Assembly: GCA_963827475.1 (NCBI GenBank)
Contig: CAWHAZ010000004.1
Coordinates: forward strand, 160,001 to 224,000
From: an uncultured Chloroflexia bacterium
GTDB lineage: Bacteria > Chloroflexota > Limnocylindria > QHBO01
Direction: 5' to 3'
DNA length: 64,000 nt
Shown here: piece by piece, positions 58,612 through 64,000 of the stretch
Position numbering within the stretch: the stretch's first letter is position 1
Layout of the letters: the number at the start of each line of letters is the position of its first letter
Made by a program: the position numbers and the translations under genes
Notes under the pieces: model-generated
Databases searched by the model: none
What the model was told of the DNA's origin: nothing
What the model saw: only the letters and a program-made list of their open reading frames with translations

Positions 58612-58635
58612 ACCTTGCGTGCCGCCTTGCAAGGC
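58612..58635. promoter_or_regulatory. CCTTGC direct repeat / GCCTTGCAAGGC palindrome upstream of cassette 3
   Basis: ACCTTGC-gtgcc-GCCTTGC (12-bp period); another copy at 58574-58580. Confidence 0.55.
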
Positions 58636-58673
58636 AGCCCCCGAGGCCGTACCTCTGGTTCGGTACCTTCGAC

Positions 58674-59368
58674 CTAGCCGGACGACAGGCGGTAGCCGAT
58701 GCCCCGCTCGGTGAGGAGGTAATGCGGTCGGTTCGGGTCCCGCTCGATCTTGTTTCTGAGGCGGCGAACGGTGACCCACACGTACGAGGGATCGGGCAGT
58801 GTCGCTGTCGAACCAGACCCGGTTGAGCAGCGTCTCGGTGGGCACGGTCCGGTCCAGCGCGGCCATGAGGACCTGGAGAAACCGGACCTCGGTCGGGCTG
58901 AGGCTCTCGACCCGGTCGTCGACCCGAGCCCGTCGGCGCGACAGGTCGATCTCCACCGTGCCCCCGTCGAGGGTCAAGCCGCCGCGGGTCGAATCGGTTC
59001 GCAGCAGCACGCGGTGAATGCGCGCGGTGAGCTCGTCGGGGTCGAACGGCTTGGTCACGTAGTCCTCGGCGTAGTGCTGGAGCGCCTGGACCTTTGCCTC
59101 GCTGGCGTCCACCGCGCTGAGGACGATGATCGGCAGGTCGGCGATCTGCTTCACGCGCCGGCAGAGCTCGAAACCGTCCATCCCCGGCATCATGAGGTCC
59201 ACGACCAGGATGGCCGGCCAGGACCGATCCAGCGCGGCGAGGGCCTCCGGCCCGGAGGCGACAGGACGCACCTCGAAGCCATCGCGCTCGCAGGCGACGG
59301 GTCAGGACGCTACGCAGGGTTGGGTCGTCGTCGACCAGCAGGATGGCCGGCCGCAGCGCCGGCGGCAC
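58674..59368 (-). CDS. OmpR/PhoB-family response regulator (frameshifted near 59290 and 58795)
   Basis: [50 protein letters not shown]. Confidence 0.88.
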
Positions 59369-59369
59369 G

Positions 59370-60293
59370 TCAGATGCCGACGCCCCGCACGACGGTGACG
59401 ATGGCGGGGCCCAGGATCACGATGAAGATCGTCGGGAAGATGCAGCCGACCATCGGGAAGAGCATCTTCACCGGCGCCTTGGCCGCGGCCTCCTCCGCCC
59501 GCTGCCGGCGCTCGATGCGCAGCTGCTGGGACTGGATCTGGAGGACCTTGGCGATCGGGACACCGAGCTGCTCGGCCTGGACGATGGCGCCGATGAAGTT
59601 CGTCACGGCCTGCACGTCGCAGCGAGCCGCGACGTCGCGCAGGGCGTCTCGCCGCAGGCGACCCATGCGGATCTCGGCCAGCGCCTGGCGGTACTCGGAG
59701 ATCAGCGGACCTTCCATCTTCTCGACCACCTTGGCCAGCGCCGCGTCGAAGCCGAGCCCGGCCTCGACCGAGATGGTGAGCAGGTCGAGGGCGTCGGGGA
59801 GCTGGAGGATCATGTCCGTCTGGCGCTGGCGGATCTTGCGGCCGAGCCAGAACTCGGGCGCCATGTAGCCGACGGCCAGCCCGCCGACCCCGAACAGGAT
59901 GTTCACCGGGAAGCCGGACACGGCGAGGAAGATGATCGTGAAGGCGATGGCGAAGACGATGGCGGACAGGACCTTGACGCCCATCCAGTCCGCGCCCCGA
60001 AGGCCGCCCGGGTAACCGGCCCGGTGGAGGCGCCCTTCGGCGACCTCGACCATGGTGCCCTGCGCGCCCCGCCGTCCGAGCTTCGACAGGCGCTGGACGA
60101 TGGGCCGGATCGCGCGCTCGAAGAACGGCTGCTCGAGCTCGGCCTCCTCGAGGGTCTTGGGCTTGACGACGAGCTGCTCGAGGCGCTGCTGGACCGCGTC
60201 CTTGGGCGGCCGGGTCATGGTCCCGAACACGATCAGCAGGACCGCGATCGCGGCGAAGAGCGGGATGATGATGGTGGGGATGTTCTCAAGCAT
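59370..60293 (-). CDS. tadC: Tad inner-membrane platform protein TadC
   Basis: LPDALDLL.ISVEAGLGFD, AEQLGVPI, AEEAAAKAPVKMLFP. Confidence 0.93.
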   Translation of the reverse strand: MLENIPTIIIPLFAAIAVLLIVFGTMTRPPKDAVQQRLEQLVVKPKTLEEAELEQPFFERAIRPIVQRLSKLGRRGAQGTMVEVAEGRLHRAGYPGGLRGADWMGVKVLSAIVFAIAFTIIFLAVSGFPVNILFGVGGLAVGYMAPEFWLGRKIRQRQTDMILQLPDALDLLTISVEAGLGFDAALAKVVEKMEGPLISEYRQALAEIRMGRLRRDALRDVAARCDVQAVTNFIGAIVQAEQLGVPIAKVLQIQSQQLRIERRQRAEEAAAKAPVKMLFPMVGCIFPTIFIVILGPAIVTVVRGVGI

Positions 60294-60297
60294 CGGT

Positions 60298-61296
60298 TCA
60301 GACCTTGATGTCGACGATGCGGCGGATGAACAGCCAGCCGATGCCCATGCTCAGCCCGCCGAGCAGGAACAGGACGATGCCCATCGGCAGGCCGAACATC
60401 TCGGGCGGACGCTCGAACATCGGTGTGATGTAGGTCGGGCTGATCACGAACAGCAGGGCGGCCAGGCCGACCGGCAGCAGGACGATGACGTAGCCGCTGT
60501 AGCGCTGCATGGCGGTCAGGGTCCGGATCTCGCCCTGGATCCGGACGCGCTCGCGAATCGTGAACGCGATGGCGTCGAGGACGGTGGCCAGGTTGCCACC
60601 GACCTGGGCCTGGATGTTGATGGCGGTGACCATCAGCTCGAGGTCCTCCGACGCGACGCGGCGGACGAGGTTGCCGAGCGCCGGCTGGAGGGCCATGCCC
60701 AGGCTCATCTCGCGCACGACCCGCCCGAACTCCTCGGCGATCGGCGGCCGCGACTCACGGGTCACCAGCTCCATGCCCTGGAGGAACGAGGAGCCGGCGC
60801 GCAGGGAGTTGGCCAGCAGGGTGATGGTGTCCGGCAGCTGGGTGTTGAATGCGTTCAGACGTCCCTTCTGCCGCCGGCCGAGGTAGTAGCGCGGCAGCCA
60901 CAGGCCGAGGAACACGGCCCCGATCAGCGCGAACGGACTCCGCAGCGCCTCGAAGAGGAGGCCGAGCACCATGAATGCGGCGACCAGCACGAACGGCGAC
61001 GCGATCCAGATCATCAGGAACTCCGCCGGCTTGAGCTTCAGGTCCGCGCGCGCGAGGTCCGTGCTCATCCGGGTGGTGAGGTCCTGGCTTTCGATGACCC
61101 GCGACAGGCCGGCAACGAGCGCCGAATCTTTCTCCGCGTCCTCGTCCGACTTGTCCGAGCGGCCGCCACGGGACGAGGCGTATCGCTCGAGGCGGTCGGT
61201 CACCCCGCCACCGCTTCCGCTCATCGCGATGCCCACCACGACCACCAGGATGGCGATCGCCGCCAGCGCAGCGATGAGGATCGGCATGAGGTTCAT
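60298..61296 (-). CDS. tadB: Tad inner-membrane platform protein TadB
   Basis: QLPD..LLANSLRAG, GGNLA.VLD, IRERVRI.GEIRTLTA. Confidence 0.93.
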   Translation of the reverse strand: MNLMPILIAALAAIAILVVVVGIAMSGSGGGVTDRLERYASSRGGRSDKSDEDAEKDSALVAGLSRVIESQDLTTRMSTDLARADLKLKPAEFLMIWIASPFVLVAAFMVLGLLFEALRSPFALIGAVFLGLWLPRYYLGRRQKGRLNAFNTQLPDTITLLANSLRAGSSFLQGMELVTRESRPPIAEEFGRVVREMSLGMALQPALGNLVRRVASEDLELMVTAINIQAQVGGNLATVLDAIAFTIRERVRIQGEIRTLTAMQRYSGYVIVLLPVGLAALLFVISPTYITPMFERPPEMFGLPMGIVLFLLGGLSMGIGWLFIRRIVDIKV

Positions 61297-61322
61297 CGGT
61301 CGGGCGCCCTCTCTTCAGATTC

Positions 61323-62741
61323 CTAGAACGGCGAGCCGAAGGTGTTGGCCGGCAGGTGGATGCCCGCGGCCTCGAACTTCTCGACGAACTTCGGGCGAAT
61401 GCCGGTCGGCTTCAGCCGGCCTTCGATCTTGCCCTCGACCACGCCGGTCTGCTCGAAGGTGAAGACGTCCTGCATGACGATGACGTCGCCCTCCATGCCC
61501 TGGACCTCGGTGATGCTCACGATCCGGCGCGTTCCGTCCTTGAGCCGGTTCTGGTGGACGATGAGGTCCACCGCCGAGGCGGTCTGCTCGCGGATCGCGC
61601 GCAGCGGGAGGTCCATGCCGGCCATGAGCACCATCGTCTCGAGGCGGGCCAGCATGTCGCGCGGGGAGTTGGCGTGGCCGGTGGACATCGACCCGTCATG
61701 GCCGGTGTTCATGGCCTGGAGCATGTCGAGCGCTTCCGCCGACCGCACCTCGCCGACCACGATCCGGTCGGGCCGCATGCGCAGGGCGTTGCGGACGAGC
61801 TCACGGATCGGGACGGCGCCCTTGCCTTCGATGTTCGACGGGCGCGCCTCGAGGGTCACGACGTGCTCCTGCCGGAGCTGGAGCTCGGCCGCGTCCTCGA
61901 TGGTCACGATCCGCTCGTCATCGGGGATGAACGAGCTGAGCACGTTCAGGGTCGTCGTCTTGCCCGAGCCGGTGCCGCCCGACACGAAGACGTTGAGCCG
62001 GGCCTTCACGCAGGCCTCGAGGAACTCGAACATCTCCGGGGTGGCGGTGCCGAACCGGATCAGGTCCTCGACCGTGAACGGGCTGGCGGCGAACTTCCGG
62101 ATGGTCACCACCGGCCCGACCAGCGACAGCGGCGGGATGATGGCGTTCACGCGGGAGCCGTCGACCAGGCGGGCGTCGACCATCGGGCTCGATTCGTCGA
62201 TTCGACGACCGATGGGCGCGATGATGCGCTGGATGATCTTCATCACGTGCTCGTCGTTCTGGAACGTGACCCCGGTCAGCTCCAGCTTGCCCTCGCGCTC
62301 GATGTAGACCTGCTGCGGGCCGTTGACCATGACCTCGGTGATGGTCGCGTCGCGCAGGAGCGGCTCCAGCGGGCCGAGGCCGAGGATCTCGTCGGTGATC
62401 TGCTCGAGCATGCGGACCCGCTCGGCGCGGGTCAGGGCCAGGCCCTCCTCGTCGGCGATCTTGCCGAACAGGTCCTCGATCTGGCGCTTGACCTCGACCT
62501 GGTTGGTCAGGTCCATCTTCGGGTCGAGCTCGTTGATCAGCCGGTTCTGGACGCGGTACTTCGCCTCCCGGAACGACTCGCGCGTCGGCGCTCCGCCGGC
62601 GAACGGACGAACCGGTCCTTCACCCGCGGGGGCGGCGGGACCGCCTGCTCCCGGGGTTGGCTGGGGAGTGCCGCCCGGCACGGGTGCCAGTTCGGTGTCC
62701 GATCCCGGCTGGGCTCGCTCGATGCGCTTTAGGAGAGACAT
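61323..62741 (-). CDS. tadA: Tad pilus assembly ATPase TadA/CpaF
   Basis: GLGPLEPLL.D, GGTGSGKTT, IEDAAEL, LRMRPDRIVVGE, AMNTGHDG. Confidence 0.96.
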   Translation of the reverse strand: MSLLKRIERAQPGSDTELAPVPGGTPQPTPGAGGPAAPAGEGPVRPFAGGAPTRESFREAKYRVQNRLINELDPKMDLTNQVEVKRQIEDLFGKIADEEGLALTRAERVRMLEQITDEILGLGPLEPLLRDATITEVMVNGPQQVYIEREGKLELTGVTFQNDEHVMKIIQRIIAPIGRRIDESSPMVDARLVDGSRVNAIIPPLSLVGPVVTIRKFAASPFTVEDLIRFGTATPEMFEFLEACVKARLNVFVSGGTGSGKTTTLNVLSSFIPDDERIVTIEDAAELQLRQEHVVTLEARPSNIEGKGAVPIRELVRNALRMRPDRIVVGEVRSAEALDMLQAMNTGHDGSMSTGHANSPRDMLARLETMVLMAGMDLPLRAIREQTASAVDLIVHQNRLKDGTRRIVSITEVQGMEGDVIVMQDVFTFEQTGVVEGKIEGRLKPTGIRPKFVEKFEAAGIHLPANTFGSPF

Positions 62742-62757
62742 GTCAGCATCCTTCTGG

Positions 62758-63987
62758 TCAGCGGCGCGCGAAGATTCCACGCCGGTTTGGCTTGTCCTCG
62801 GTGGTGGTCGTCGTCGACGACGGGCCACCGACAAGGATCTCGGCTAGTTTCATGACGTCCCGCGACAGCGGGCTTTCGGGGTTGGAAATGATGAATGGGA
62901 CGCCGCGGTTCACGGCGAGCACGGCCAGCCGCCCGTCCGACACGATGGTCGCGTCGATCGGCCGCCGGATCGATCCCTCCACGTCGCCCATCCGGATCCC
63001 CTGGGTGGCGTCGGAGCGGTTCATCACGATCCGCAGCTTCGAGCGCTCGTAGCCCAGCTGATCCGCCACCTCGAGGAAGAGGCGGAGGTTCTTGATGGCG
63101 GTGATCTCGAGGGCGGCCATGATGACGATCTGGTCCGCGGCATCCATGATCGCCAACGAGTGATCGTTGATGCCGGACGGCAGGTCGACCACAGTGTACG
63201 CGTGCATCGTGCGGAGGTGGCCGACCACCGTCCGCAGGTAGGCGGGGGTGATGAGGTCGGCGCCTTCCGGGGTCGGCGGCGCGAGCAGCGCCTTCAGCCC
63301 GGTCGCGTGCTCGATCATCACCGACTCGACGAGGTCCGTGTCCGGCTCGCCCCCGTCGGCGAGGTCCACGATCGACCGCGTCTTGGGGTTCAGGTTGAGC
63401 AGGACCCCGACGTCGCCGAACTGGAGGTTCGCGTCGAGCAGCGCGACCTTGGTGTTGGTCAGCTGCTTGATGGCGATGGCGAGATTGGTCGCGATCGTCG
63501 TCCGCCCGGATCCGCCCTTGGGCGAGAAGATACCGATGACCTGGTGGTCGACATCAGGATCCGCCTCGGCCGGCACCGGTCCAGCCGGCATGGAGGCCTG
63601 GATCTGGTGGCGGCGCGCCTCCTCCCGCTCGTAGACGCGCTTGATCGTCTCGCTGAACTCGTCCGACGAGAACGGCTTGACGAGGAACTCGCGGGCGCCG
63701 GCCTGGAGCGAGCGGCGCATCTGCTCCGCCTCGCCGTGGACGCTCATCATGATGATCGCGACCGTCGGCAGGCGCTGCGAGATCAGCTCGGCGGCGGCGA
63801 TGCCGTCCATGCCGGGCATGTTGATGTCCATGACGATGACGTCGGGGCGGAGGTCCATCGCCATCGTGATGGCCTCCTCCCCCGAGCTCGCCGACCCGGC
63901 CACCTCGACCGTCTGCTCGAATGCGAGCAGCTTGGTCAGGTGGTCACGAGTCTCGGCGATGTCGTCGACGATCAGGACCTTGATCAC
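62758..63987 (-). CDS. tadZ: TadZ/CpaE: receiver domain + MinD/ParA-like ATPase
   Basis: VLIVDD, MDINMPGMDG, KP; SPKGGSGRTT, DANLQFGD. Confidence 0.9.
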   Translation of the reverse strand: MIKVLIVDDIAETRDHLTKLLAFEQTVEVAGSASSGEEAITMAMDLRPDVIVMDINMPGMDGIAAAELISQRLPTVAIIMMSVHGEAEQMRRSLQAGAREFLVKPFSSDEFSETIKRVYEREEARRHQIQASMPAGPVPAEADPDVDHQVIGIFSPKGGSGRTTIATNLAIAIKQLTNTKVALLDANLQFGDVGVLLNLNPKTRSIVDLADGGEPDTDLVESVMIEHATGLKALLAPPTPEGADLITPAYLRTVVGHLRTMHAYTVVDLPSGINDHSLAIMDAADQIVIMAALEITAIKNLRLFLEVADQLGYERSKLRIVMNRSDATQGIRMGDVEGSIRRPIDATIVSDGRLAVLAVNRGVPFIISNPESPLSRDVMKLAEILVGGPSSTTTTTEDKPNRRGIFARR

Positions 63988-64000
63988 GCGGGGTGCCCTC

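Overview
High-GC bacterial chromosome segment. Gene content and protein styles suggest a monoderm Chloroflexota, possibly Limnocylindria/Ellin6529-like; this is inference and was not searched. The segment is probably close to oriC (jag, parAB with a perfect parS, gyrBA). The first 47 kb is mostly housekeeping: jag, tmRNA-smpB, ctpA-ftsXE-prfB-secA, prs, gyrA/gyrB, parAB, mreD-pbp2-rodA, rplU-rpmA-rpmE-prfA-prmC-tsaC-rpiB-acnX-glyA, the F1Fo operon, murA, mreB, hpf and comF. From 47.8 to 64 kb lies a minus-strand Tad/Flp pilus locus: tadZABC followed by THREE tadE-tadE-tadG pseudopilin cassettes (two of them a tandem duplication), interleaved with an OmpR-type regulator and a histidine kinase. 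A CCTTGC direct-repeat motif occurs upstream of each cassette. Other notable unannotated elements are a structured leader with a 13-aa uORF and terminator in front of smpB, a protein with two CxxxCxxC motifs coupled to prfB, a recurring (TG)ACCG-ATG start context, and several probable non-canonical starts. Many single-base frameshifts, including in essential genes, indicate long-read assembly errors. No rRNA, tRNA, CRISPR array or mobile element was seen.
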